Source: Chiloscyllium plagiosum
Taxonomy: Eukaryota
DNA: 64,000 nt
Reading direction: 5' to 3'
Assembly (NCBI RefSeq): GCF_004010195.1
Contig: NC_057720.1
Coordinates: 14,945,939 to 15,009,938 of the forward strand
Both the position numbers and the translations under genes were made by a program. The notes under the pieces were generated by a model. It had not been told where the DNA came from. It saw only the letters and a program-made list of their open reading frames with translations, and searched no databases. This document shows, piece after piece, positions 1 to 10,049 of this stretch (positions within the stretch are counted from its first letter, which is position 1; each line of letters starts with the position of its first letter).

Positions 1-255
1 TCAGGCGACTGACTGTGTGGAGTTTGCACATTCTCCCCGTGTCTGCGTGGGTTTCCTCCGGGTGCTCCGGTTTCCTCCCACAATCCAAAAAATGTGCGGG
101 TCAGGTGAATTGGCCAAGCTAAATTGCCCGTAGTGTTAGGTTAAAGGGGTAAATGTAGGGGTATGGGTGGGTTGCGCTTCGGCGGGTCGGTGTGGACTTG
201 TTGGGCCGAAGGGCCTGTTTCCACACTGTAATGTAATGTAATCTAATCTAATCTA
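1..255 (+). mobile_element. HE1-type tRNA-derived SINE (5' part outside the window), inserted in a PLE
   Basis: Body gtgtggagtttgcacattctccccgtgtctgcg, LINE-like tail gggccgaagggcctgtttcc, then (tgtaa)n/(tctaa)n; near-identical to 2690-3011 and 25285-25600. Confidence 0.9.
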
Positions 256-1159
256 AGATGCCCTCCAACGCATCTCATCTATATCCTGCACCTTGGCCCC
301 AAACCCCACCCCTCCAACCGTAACAAGGACAGAACCCCCCGGTCCTCACCTTCCACCCTACCAACCTTCGCATAACCCGCATCATCCATCGACATTTCCA
401 CCATCTCCAAATGCACCACACAAGAGATATATTTCCCTCCCCACACCTCCATCCAAGGCCCCAAAGGAGCATTCTACATCCATCAAAGTTTCACCTGCAC
501 ATCCACCAATGTTATTTATTGTATCTGTTGCTCCTGATGCAGTCTCCTCTACATTGGGGAGACTGGACACCTCCTCACAGAGCGCTTTAGGGAACATCTC
601 CAGGGCACCCGCACCAATCAACCCCACTGCCCCGTGGCCCAACATTTCAACTCCCCCTCCCACTATGCCGAGGACATGCAGGAACTGGACCTCCTCCACC
701 GCCGCTCCCTCACCAACGGACGCCTGGAGGAAGAACGTCTCATCTTCTGCCTCGGAACACTTCAACTCGAGGGCATCAATGTGGACTTCACCAGTTTCCT
801 CATTTCCCCTCCCCTCATCTTACCCCAGTTCTAATCTTCCAGCTCAGCATTGTCCCCATGACCTGTCCTCCCGGCCAATCTTCCTTCCCACCTATCCGCT
901 CCATCCTCCTCTCTGACCTATCACCTCCATCCCTACGCCGATTCACCTATTGTACTCTTTGCTACCTTCTCCCCAGCCCCAGCCCCAGCACCCCCCCCAT
1001 TTATCTCTCCACCCTGGAGGCTCCCTGCCTCCATTCCTGATGAAGGGCTTTTGCCCGAAATGTCGATTTTCCTGCTCCTCAGATGCTGTCTGAACTGTTG
1101 TTCTTTTCCAGCATCACTCTAATCTAGACTCTGGTTTCCAGCATCTGCAGTCCTCACGT
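256..1159 (+). mobile_element. Penelope-like element (Neptune-like) 3' fragment: GIY-YIG remnant and 3' end with hammerhead motif
   Basis: Similar to 7640-8620; YCIxC..C..LYIGET-type remnant at ~515-570; hammerhead core CTGATGA..GAAA at 1037-1064. Confidence 0.85.
1033..1068 (+). ncRNA. Minimal hammerhead ribozyme motif (family A), CpG-decayed helix III
   Basis: attc-CTGATGA-A-GGGC-tttt-GCCC-GAAA-T-GTC-gatt. Confidence 0.7.
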
Positions 1160-1420
1160 TTGCCTCATAGCACCAGGAACCCGGGTTCGATTCCAGCCTC
1201 AGGCAACTGTGTGGAGTTTACACATTGTCTCTGTGCCTGTGTGGGCTTTCTCCCACATTCTGAAAGATTTGCAGGCCAGGTGAATTGGCCATGCGAAATT
1301 GCCTATAGTGTTAGTTGCATGATTGAGGGGGAAATGGATCTGGGTGGGTTACGTTTTGAAAGGTTGGTATGGACTTGTTGGGCCAAAGGGCCTGTTTGCA
1401 CGCTGTAGGGAATCTAATCT
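1160..1420 (+). mobile_element. HE1-type SINE, 3' portion (probably split by the upstream PLE)
   Basis: Begins mid-head (tgcctcatagcaccaggaacccgggttcgattcc, B box) right after the PLE tail; ends aatctaatcta. Confidence 0.8.
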
Positions 1421-1571
1421 ATAACTTGAGATGTTTCATTATGTTAAAGATGCTCTATACATACAGGGGTCATTGTCGTTTATACTCTGCCAATCCTGTA
1501 AACCATTTCAGATTCGCACTTTGGCTTCAGTGCATGCTCAGATTAAAGATCAAATCCTGCAATGGCAGGAA

Positions 1572-1868
1572 TTAGATTAGATTCCCTACAGTATGGAAAC
1601 AGGCTCTTCGGCCCAACACTTCCACACTGACCCTCTGAAGAGTAACGACAACTAATGTACCTAACTCTATGGGCAATTTAACATGGCCAATTCACCTGAC
1701 CTGCACATCCTTGCATTGTGTGAGGAAACTGGAGCACCCGGAGGGAACCCACACTGACACAGGGAGAACGTGCTAACTCCACACAGTCAGTCGCCCGAGG
1801 CCGGAATCGAACCCGGGTCCCTGGTGCTCTGAGGCAGCAGTGCTAACCACTGAGCCATTGTGCCGCCT
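1572..1868 (-). mobile_element. HE1-type SINE
   Basis: Reverse complement of the HE1 body with A/B boxes (ggaatcgaacccggg; ccactgagcca). Confidence 0.85.
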
Positions 1869-2369
1869 CTAATTTTGAAAGCTTTATCACATTAAATGGA
1901 AATTCCATATTGGAATCTCTGTCTGTGCAGTAGGCACATTCATAAGCGAGGAATAACCATTTTTCAAACTGTAATAACTTCCTCCTGGTGTTTTGTTGTT
2001 GATTTAAAGCCATCATAGGCAGTTCCTGTCTTCAGATAAACAAGAACTCTTAATCTAGTTGCTCCAGTTCCTTTTTCTCCACGCATGATTTTTCAATTAA
2101 CCACTACGAATTGGCAAACATTCCCTGATACTGGGATGGCGCGATGATTCCCATGGGAGACCTTTGCTTTATTAACAAGGCTTCACAAGGGCAAAGATTA
2201 TTTTTCTTTACAAACAGTGAGAAAAACAGAGTCTGAATATGCACCCAAGGCAAGAGCCAGGAGAAAGGACTGGAACCTGTTGCCAAACTGGGATAACAAT
2301 TAGAAATGATTGTTCCATAAGTTTTGACATCTATCAGTGTTTCCATGTATTGTTCTCAGTTTATACAGA

Positions 2370-3580
2370 AGATAGAACAATACAGCACAGGAACAGGCCC
2401 TTTAGCCCACCATGTCTGTGCAGACAATGATGCCATGCTAAAGTAACCCCACCTACCTGCACATGATCCATATCCCTCTATTCCCTGTCAGTTCACGTGT
2501 CTGTCTAAATGCTTCTACCACCTCCCCTGTCAGCGCATTCCAGGCACTGACCACCCTCTGTGTAAAAAGACTTTCCTCAGACATCTCCTTTCAACCTTGC
2601 ACCTGTGCCCCTAGTATTTGACATTTCCAACCTGGGGAAAAAGACTCTAACTATCCACCCTGTCCATGTCTCTCATAATTTTATATACTTTGTGGGCGGC
2701 ACGGTGGCACAGTGGTTAGCACTGTTGCCTCACAGCGCCAGAGACCCGGGTTCAGTTCCCACCTCAGGCGACTGACAGTGTGGAATTTGCACGTTCTCCC
2801 CGTGTCTGCGTGGGTTTCCTCCGGCTGCTCCGGTTTCCTCCCACAGTCCAAAGATGTGCAGGGTCAGGTGAATTGGCCATACTAAATTGCCCGTAGTGTT
2901 AGGTAAGGGATAAATGTAGGGGTATGGGTGGGTTCGCTTCGGCAGGTCGGTGTGGACTTGTTGGGCCGAAGGGCCTGTTTCCACACTGTAATGTAATCTG
3001 TAATCTGTAATCTTCTACCAGATCACCCCTCAGTCTCTAACTCTCTAGCAAAAATAATCTAAGTTGGTCCACCATCTCCTTATAGTTAATACATTCCAAT
3101 CCAGGCAACATTCTGGTAAACTTCTCTACACCCTCTCCAAAGCCTCCACATCCTTCCTATAATGTGGCTACCAGAATTCCACACAATATTCCAAATGTGG
3201 TCTAAAACTAAAGTTTTATACTTTAAGCAACATGACTTGTCAACGTTTACACTCAATGCCCTCACTGATGAAGGCAGCATGCTTTATGCCTTATTTACCA
3301 CTTTATCTCCTCGCGTTGCCCCTTCCAGGTAGCTATGGATTTACACCCCGAGGTCCCTCTGTATATTTATGCTCCTAAGGGAAAAGACCTTTACTATTCA
3401 CCTTATCTATGCCCCTCAAGATTTTATAAACCTTTATAAGGTCACCCCACAACCTCCTAGGCTCAAGGGGAAAAAGTCCTAGTCTATCCAGCCTCTCCTT
3501 ATAACCCAAACTCTCCAGTCCCGGTAACATACTTGTAACTCTTTCCTGAACCGTCTCCAATTTAATATTATCCTTCTTAT
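2370..3580 (-). mobile_element. CR1/HER1-type LINE 3' fragments, interrupted by an HE1 SINE
   Basis: ORF 3375-3560 ERLDRLGLFPLEPRRLWGDLIKVYKI is a CR1 ORF2 C-terminus; tail gatagaacaatacagcacaggaacaggccc. Confidence 0.85.
2690..3011 (+). mobile_element. Full-length young HE1-type SINE
   Basis: A box TGGCACAGTGG 2705-2715, B box GGTTCAGTTCC 2749-2759, CpGs retained, (ctgtaat)n tail. Confidence 0.9.
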
Positions 3581-3910
3581 ATATGTATGACCTGTGATTA
3601 TTAGTATATGAACCCTACCCCACCCTGTAAATCCATTCCACAAACTCAAAACCTGGAGATGCCATCCTCATCCATCTTGTAGACCCATCAAACATTCAGA
3701 CAGCGCATTCCCAGTCTGTTACAGTAGACTGACATGTTAGCAACACAGTCACTGATGCATCAACCCGAGACTCTGTTTTATTTCGTTGACAAAACAAAAT
3801 TTTAGAATAACTGTCATGCATACCTCATTAATGTCCTATCCTTCAATGTCACATCTGTGAGAATTAGTTACGTGAGTATAGCGAAAAGTATATTAGTCGC
3901 TATTTACAAA

Positions 3911-4127
3911 TGATTTGTAGATGCTGGTGTTGCATTGGGGTGTACAAAGTTAAAAATCACACAACACCAGATTATAGTCCAACAGGCTTATTTGGAAGCA
4001 CTAGCCTTCGGAGCACTGCTCCTTCATCAGATGATTGTGACAACCACCTGATGAAGGAGCAGCACTCCGAAAGCTAGTGCTTCCAAATAAGCCTGTTGGA
4101 CTATAGCCTGGTGTTGTGTGATTTTTA
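3911..4127. mobile_element. Palindromic PLE-derived mini-element (family B) with hammerhead motifs on both strands
   Basis: ~80-bp inverted arms (~3950-4030 / 4048-4127); TSD gctatttacaaa 3899-3910 / gctatttgcaaa 4128-4139. Confidence 0.85.
4045..4079 (+). ncRNA. Minimal type I hammerhead ribozyme, intact core (family B)
   Basis: CAC-CTGATGA-A-GGAG-cagca-CTCC-GAAA-GC-TA^GTG: helix I CAC/GTG, palindromic AGCT in place of helix III, predicted cleavage after 4076. Confidence 0.8.
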
Positions 4128-4265
4128 GCTATTTGCAAAGGTACCTAGGTACAGATTCTTAAGTACAAATTCTTGGGAAAAAAAAATAGAAAATTAAAGA
4201 AATAAAAAATCCAGCACTATAAACATTTGTGCCATCTGAGGTACAAAAGTACAAGATCATAGGAG

Positions 4266-4461
4266 CTGAAAATGTGTTGCTGGAAAAGCGCAGCAGGTCA
4301 GGCAGCATCCAAGGAACAGGAGAATCGACATTTCGGGCATAAGCCCGCATAAGCCCGAAACGTCGATTCTCCTGTTCCTTGGATGCTGCCTGACCTGCTG
4401 TGCTTTTCCAGCAACACATTTTCAGCTCTGATCTCCAGCATCTGCAGTCCTTAATTTCTCC
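4266..4461. mobile_element. Palindromic PLE-derived mini-element (family A)
   Basis: Inverted arms joined inside hammerhead helix II (gggcataagccc gcataagccc gaaacgtc); 16-bp TSD tacaagatcataggag 4250-4265 / 4462-4477. Confidence 0.9.
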
Positions 4462-4529
4462 TACAAGATCATAGGAGTAAGTTAGAAAAATTAAGGGGTT
4501 AAAAGTTCAGAATAACAATCTTTCCAACC

Positions 4530-5240
4530 CAGACCGGGCCAGGCCTCACCTCCTGACTACACAGGGCCTCATCTCCAGACTGCACCAGGCCTCATATCCT
4601 GACTGCATCAGGTCTCACCTCCTGACCACACAGGGCCTCACCTCTTGACCACACGGGGCCTCACCTTCAGACCACACAGGGCCTCACCTCCTGACTGCAC
4701 CAGGCCTCACTTCCTGACCACACAGGGCCTCACCTCTAGACCACACAGGGCCTCACCTCCTGACTGCACCAGGCCTCACCTCCTGACCATACAGAGCAAC
4801 ACCTCCTGACCATGCCGGGCCTCACCTCCAGACTGCACCAGGCATCACCTCCTGACCAGACAGGCCTCACTTCCAGACAATACTGGGCCTCACCTCTTGA
4901 CCACACCGGGCCTCACCTCCAGACTGCACCAGGCCTCACTTACAGACCATGCTGGGCCTCACCTCCAGACTGCGCCTAGCCTCATCTCCAGACCACGCTG
5001 GGCCTCACCTCCAGACAGTGCTCAGCCTCACCACCAGACAGTAATGTGCCTCACCTCCACTCAGTGCTGGGCCTCATTTTGAGACCGTGTTGGGCCTCAC
5101 CTCCAGACTACGCTGGGCCTCACCTCCAAACCACGCTGGGCCTCACGTCCAGACCATGCTGGGCCTCACTTCCAGACTGTGTTGGGCCTCACCGCCAGAT
5201 CGCGCTGGGCCTCTCTTCCAGATAGTGCTGGGCCTCACCT
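4530..5240 (+). repeat. 23-bp minisatellite, about 30 degenerate copies
   Basis: Unit like gggcctcacctcctgaccacaca; gggcc recurs at 4633, 4656, 4679 and onward. Confidence 0.9.
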
Positions 5241-5446
5241 TAAGGTTGAGACTGGGAGTACCAGGACAATCTATTGGACAAATTATTGCCATTATTCTGT
5301 TACTGGTGATATCAATATTACATGACATTGAGGTGATATGCCGAGGAATCTATGCTCTGTGTATATCTGTATACAGTAAACGTTTACAGTTAGAAGCAAT
5401 TGTCCTATGCCCGATGATTCATTTTTATCTTGGTACTCTTTTACAG

Positions 5447-5719
5447 CTGGAAACCTTACCTAATGGACTATTTCAATGCTTGAATCTGCGGACATTGCTT
5501 GTGGGAAAGAACAGCCTGACAACACTATCACCTCTCGTTGGTGGTCTAGAGAACCTTCTACATTTGGATCTTGTTGGCAACCAGTTTGAGTCCCTGCCAG
5601 CAGAATTGGGCCGATGTAATTTTAAACCAGGTGGATTTGTTGTGGAAGAGTCACTCTTTAATTCATTACCCATATCTGTAAGAGAACATTTGTTAAAAAA
5701 TGATGTGGAGCAAGGGTAA
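5447..5719 (+). CDS. LRRC8B: Terminal coding exon of a volume-regulated anion channel subunit LRRC8 (most LRRC8B-like)
   Basis: Acceptor tactcttttacag ends at 5446 in phase 0; encodes LETLPNGLFQCLNLRTLLVGKNSLTTLSPLVGGLENLLHLDLVGNQFESLPAELG..VVEESLFNSLP..KNDVEQG*. This matches the recalled C-terminal LRRs and last-intron position of LRRC8A/B; LPxGLFQC, GKNSL and LSP are B-like. Paralogue assignment is less certain than family. Confidence 0.8.
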   Translation: METLPNGLFQCLNLRTLLVGKNSLTTLSPLVGGLENLLHLDLVGNQFESLPAELGRCNFKPGGFVVEESLFNSLPISVREHLLKNDVEQG

Positions 5720-5908
5720 TCAGTTTGTAATGTCAAACATTGACCAGTGTTTGTAGCTGGTGGACATAATGGGAAGAAGTATTCAACTAGGCTGTTGTCG
5801 ATAAGGACCTTGGCTCATAGCCACATGTATTCTTCAGCACTAAAAACCAAAGGATATCAGCTATCAGACAGCTAACTGTATGGTATCCAAAACCACATAT
5901 GTATTATA

Positions 5909-6187
5909 AATAAATGACTAATTTGGACTTGTGTGCGAATAAGACAATGCCTGAGAGGTAGATCGTAAATGGAAGAAAGGAAAGGAGTTGAATATTGATC
6001 AAGAAAGCAACAAATATTGTGATGTTGAATTAATTACCCTCATTATAAGCAAAATGAGTTTATTGATGGATGTTCTTTCTTTTCGCATTTACAATAGAAA
6101 CAAATTTGCACATTGTATAGTTTGGGAATCTGTGGGTGGGGGATTATTTTCAGATTTGATGAATAAATATATAAAGTGTTAAATAAA
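5909..6187 (+). terminator. Candidate proximal polyadenylation signals of the LRRC8 gene
   Basis: AATAAA at 5909, 6162 and 6182 downstream of the stop codon; usage unknown. Confidence 0.35.
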
Positions 6188-6262
6188 AGGAAAATTGCAC
6201 TTTAAGGGGTGGTTTCACATCCTGAATCTTGCTTCTTTTCAGATGATTGTTAGCATAACAAA

Positions 6263-8625
6263 CGACCTTGAACACTTCTTCCACCGCCTCCACCTGCATG
6301 CCTACTTTTACAACCAAGACACCTGCTCTCCCACCGAGGACCCCTCCTCCCATCTTCAACACCCCCATCCAACTGGACACCCTGTGGTGGCCTGCTACCC
6401 GCCCTTGACCTCTTCATTTCAAACTGCCGCGGTGACATCAACCGCCTCAACCTGTTCACGTTCCCCCACCCACCCCAACCTCTCGGTCTCACAACGCACA
6501 GGCCTCCACTCCCTCTGCTCCAATCCCAACCTCACCATCAAATCAGCAGATAAAGAGGGTGCAGTGGTAGTTTGGCGCACTGACCTCTATACCGCTGAAG
6601 CCAGGCGCCAACTCGAAGACACCTCCTCCTACCATTCCTTCGGCCATGACCCCAACCCCATCACCAAACCATCACCTCCCAGACCATACACAACCTCATC
6701 ACCTCAGGGGATCTCCCACCCACAACTTCCAACCTCATAGTCCGGGAACCCCGCATCGCCCAATTCTACCTCCTTCCCAAGATCTACAAGCCTGACTACC
6801 ATGGCCGACCTATTGTCTCAGCCTGCTCCTGCCCCACTGAACTCATCTCCACCTAGCTCGATACTGCCCTATCCCCTCTGGTCCAGGAACTCTCCACATA
6901 CGTTCAAACACAACCCACGCCCTCCACCTCCTCCGTTTCTCTGGCCCCCAATGCCTCATTTTCACTGTGGACATCCAGTCCCTCTACACCTCCATCCGCC
7001 ATGACCAGGGCCTACAAGCCCTCCATTTCTTCCTCTCCCGATGTCCCCACCACTACCCTTCCACTGACACTCTCATTCATTTGGCTAAACTGGTCCTCAC
7101 CCTCAACAATTTCTCCTTCCAATTCTCCCACTTCCCCAGCTGAAATGGGTAGCCATGGGCACATGCATGGGTCCCAGCTATGTCTGTCTCTTTGTCAGTT
7201 ACATGAAACAATCCATCTTCCGCAGTTACACCAACACCATTCCCCACCTCTTCCTCCACGACATTGATGACTGCATTGGCACCACCTTGTGCTCCCATGA
7301 GGAGGTCGAACAGTTCATCAACTTCACCAACATATTCCACAAGACCTTAAATTCACCTGGACCATCTCTGACACCTCTGTCCCCTTCCTAGACCTTTGCA
7401 TATCCATCCACGTGGACCGACTCAACACTGACATTTTTTTACAAATCCACCAACTCCCACAGCTATCTGGACTACACATCCTCCCACCCTACCTCCTGCA
7501 AAAATGCCATCCCTTATTCCCAATTCCTCTGCCTCTGCTTCTGCCGCTTCTGCTCCCAGTTGGACCAGTTCCACCACAGAACACACCAGATGGCCTCCTT
7601 CTTTAAAGACCGCAATTTCCTCTCCCATGTGGTTGATGATACCCTCCACTGCAGCTCATCCATGTCTTGCGCCTCCACCCTCGAACCCCACCCTTCCAAC
7701 TGCAACAAAGACAGAACCTGCCTGGTCCTTACCTTCCAGCCCACCAACCTCCACAAAGATTGCATCATCTGCTGACATTTCCACCACCTACAAACGGACT
7801 CCACCACCAGGGACATATTTACCTCTTCACCCCTATCTGCTTTCCGCAAAGACCATTCCCTTTCCAATTAACTGGTCAGGTCCACACCCCCTAACAAGCC
7901 ACCCTCCCCTCCTGGCACATTCCCTATGCCAATGCAGGAATTGCAAAACCTGCGTCCACACCTCCCCCCTCACCTCCATCCAAGGCCCCAAAGGAGCCTT
8001 CCACATGCATCAAGGTTTCACCTGCACATTAACCAGTGTCATTTATTGTATCCGTTGCTCCGGAAATGGTCTCCTCTATATTGGGGAGACTGGATACCTT
8101 CTCACAGAGAGCTTTAGAGAACATCGCCGGGACACCCGCACCAATTAACCCCACCGCCCACTGGCCGAACATTTCAACTCCTCCTTCCACTCTGCTGATG
8201 ACATGCAGGTCCTGGGCCTCCTCCATCACCACTCCCTTACCACCCGACACCTGGAGAAAGAATGCCTTATCTTCTGCCTCGGGACCCTTCGACCTCATAG
8301 CATCAATGTGGACTTCACCAGTTTCCTCATTTTCCTTCTCCCCACCTTACCCCAGTTCCAAACTTCCAGCTTAGCACCGCCCTCATGACCTGTCCCACTT
8401 GTCAATCTTCCTTCCCACCTATCCACTCTACCCTCCTCTCCGACCTATCACCTCTACCCCCACATCCATCCACCACTCAGCTACCTTCTCCCCACCCCCA
8501 CTCCCTCCCATTTATCTCTCCACCCCCGAGGCTCCCAGCCTAATTCCTGATGAAGAGCTCCAGCCTGAAATGTCGATTTTCCTGCTCCTCGGATGCTGCC
8601 TGACCTGCTGTGCTTTTCCAGTCAA
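6263..8625 (+). mobile_element. Penelope-like element (Neptune-like), 5'-truncated and frameshifted: RT plus GIY-YIG endonuclease
   Basis: Fragments TIKSADKEGAVVVW, AMGTCMGPSYVCLF, LHDIDDC (degenerate YIDD), CQCRNCKTC linker, FTCTLTSVIYCIRC..LLYIGETG; degenerate hammerhead 8547-8574; TSD gttagcataacaaa 6249-6262 / gtttgcataacaaa 8626-8639. Confidence 0.9.
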
Positions 8626-9364
8626 GTTTGCATAACAAAGCCTACTCATAGTATTTTACAAAGATCAGTCAGTATGTAAGGGTGACGGGAACAGTTAAAC
8701 TATCTCTTTACTCCACAGTTTCGGTATTTACTTTTTGTTTAAAACTTGGAACATGCTCTGACATTGGAATGCATTGCTACTGCATTCTTTCAAGAATATA
8801 TTTATACAAATGTGTACTAACTTTAATATTCTTCAAAATATTTCAGAAATATTTGTCCACTTTTGTTGCACTGGTTGAGGTAACAAAACTTTATGACTGT
8901 ATATAGACTGATTGTTCAAGGTCACAAGAGTCACAGACATTTTCTACATTGCATTGTCCTGTTTCTTTCCCCCTTGTCTGCTCCTCCCTTCAAATAAAAT
9001 GGTATTTCCTCTCACGACTTAGCCCAGTTCCTATTACCAGTGTAGATATTCCCTTCTGGAGTCCTTTGATGGGACATTCTATTGTCACAAGGGTGCAAGT
9101 CTCATGGACAGTTCAAATTCAAAGGGTATCAATTGATTGAGGTGCATTGGTCAAAGAGACATCAAGTAACATTGGTTGGAGAATGAAGCAGAATAAGTAG
9201 TTTCCACTTCCGATCAGAATCCCCAACGTCCCACCTTCAATCCATGGAATAGTCATTACAGACAGCTGTCCATCTTCCTTCCCAATGATCTGCTCCACCC
9301 TCCATCCATCAAAATTTCGCCTGCACTTCCACATGCTATTTACTGTATCACCTTCTAAGAAAAA

Positions 9365-9552
9365 GAACTGAAAATGATATCACAAACACAGGAAATGACA
9401 TCACCAACCCAAGGAAACCTAAACACATAAATAGAAAGTGGGACATAAACTAATGCTTCACCAGAGGCTCACTGATGATATTACCTAGTATGGTGATGAA
9501 ACGTCTGAAAAGGAATCTTCCAGCTCATCCAGCTCATTGAGCAAACCTACAC
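9365..9552 (+). mobile_element. Short PLE-like terminal fragment (family C) carrying a hammerhead
   Basis: A-rich leader followed by an intact minimal hammerhead; flanks unrelated to families A, B and D; PLE origin inferred from the ribozyme type. Confidence 0.6.
9469..9508 (+). ncRNA. Minimal type I hammerhead ribozyme, intact core (family C)
   Basis: TCA-CTGATGA-T-ATTACC-tagtat-GGTGAT-GAAA-C-GTC^TGA: helix I TCA/TGA, 6-bp helix II, palindromic ACGT, predicted cleavage after 9505. Confidence 0.8.
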
Positions 9553-9564
9553 TCATGGTGCTGA

Positions 9565-10030
9565 TCATTGTGCAATCATTGGTCAACATTCCCACTTCTG
9601 ATGAAAGGAATATCATTGATGAAACAACTGAAGATAGTTGGGCCGAGGACACTACCGTGAAGAATTCCTGAAGAGATGTTCAGAAGCTAAATGACTGAAC
9701 TCCAACAGCCATAACCATCTTCCCATGTGCCAGAGATGACTCCAACCAGTAGAGTTTATCCCCTGATGCCCACTGATTCTAGTTTCACCAGGGCTCTTTT
9801 CCACACTCAGTTGAATACAGCCTTGATGTCAAGGGCTGTCATTCTCATCTTTCCTCTAGAGTTCAGCTCTTTTGTCCATGTTAGAACCAAGGCTGTAATG
9901 AGTTCAGGAGCTGAGTGGCCCCAGCAGAACCCAAACTGGGCGTCACTCAGTAGGTTATTGCTGAGCAGGTGCTGCTGGACAGTACTGTTGATGGCACCTT
10001 CCATCAAATAACCTAAGATTGAGAGTAAAC
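9565..10030 (-). mobile_element. CR1/L2-group LINE RT fragment
   Basis: ORF LLSDAQFGFCWGHSAPELITAL..ALDIKAVFN (RT motifs QxGF and LDxxxAF). Confidence 0.8.
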
Positions 10031-10049
10031 TAATGGGAGGTGCTAGGTG

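Noticed and set aside
2690..2770. tRNA gene (and similar A/B-box heads elsewhere)
   Set aside because: It is a SINE head continuing into a shared body and LINE-like tail
3911..4461. Palindromes as DNA-transposon MITEs or microRNA genes
   Set aside because: The arms match PLE 3' ends and are asymmetric, and TSD length varies from 11 to 16 bp, pointing to retrotransposition; there is no evidence for a miRNA
4530..5240. CRISPR-like array
   Set aside because: Contiguous degenerate units with no unique spacers, in a vertebrate context
5087..5446. N-terminal part of the 210-aa ORF as coding
   Set aside because: It runs through the minisatellite and intron; LRR similarity begins only at the acceptor at 5447
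6195..8635. Proline-rich ORFs as host genes or an active PLE
   Set aside because: Off-frame translations of a frameshifted PLE with a degenerate catalytic motif
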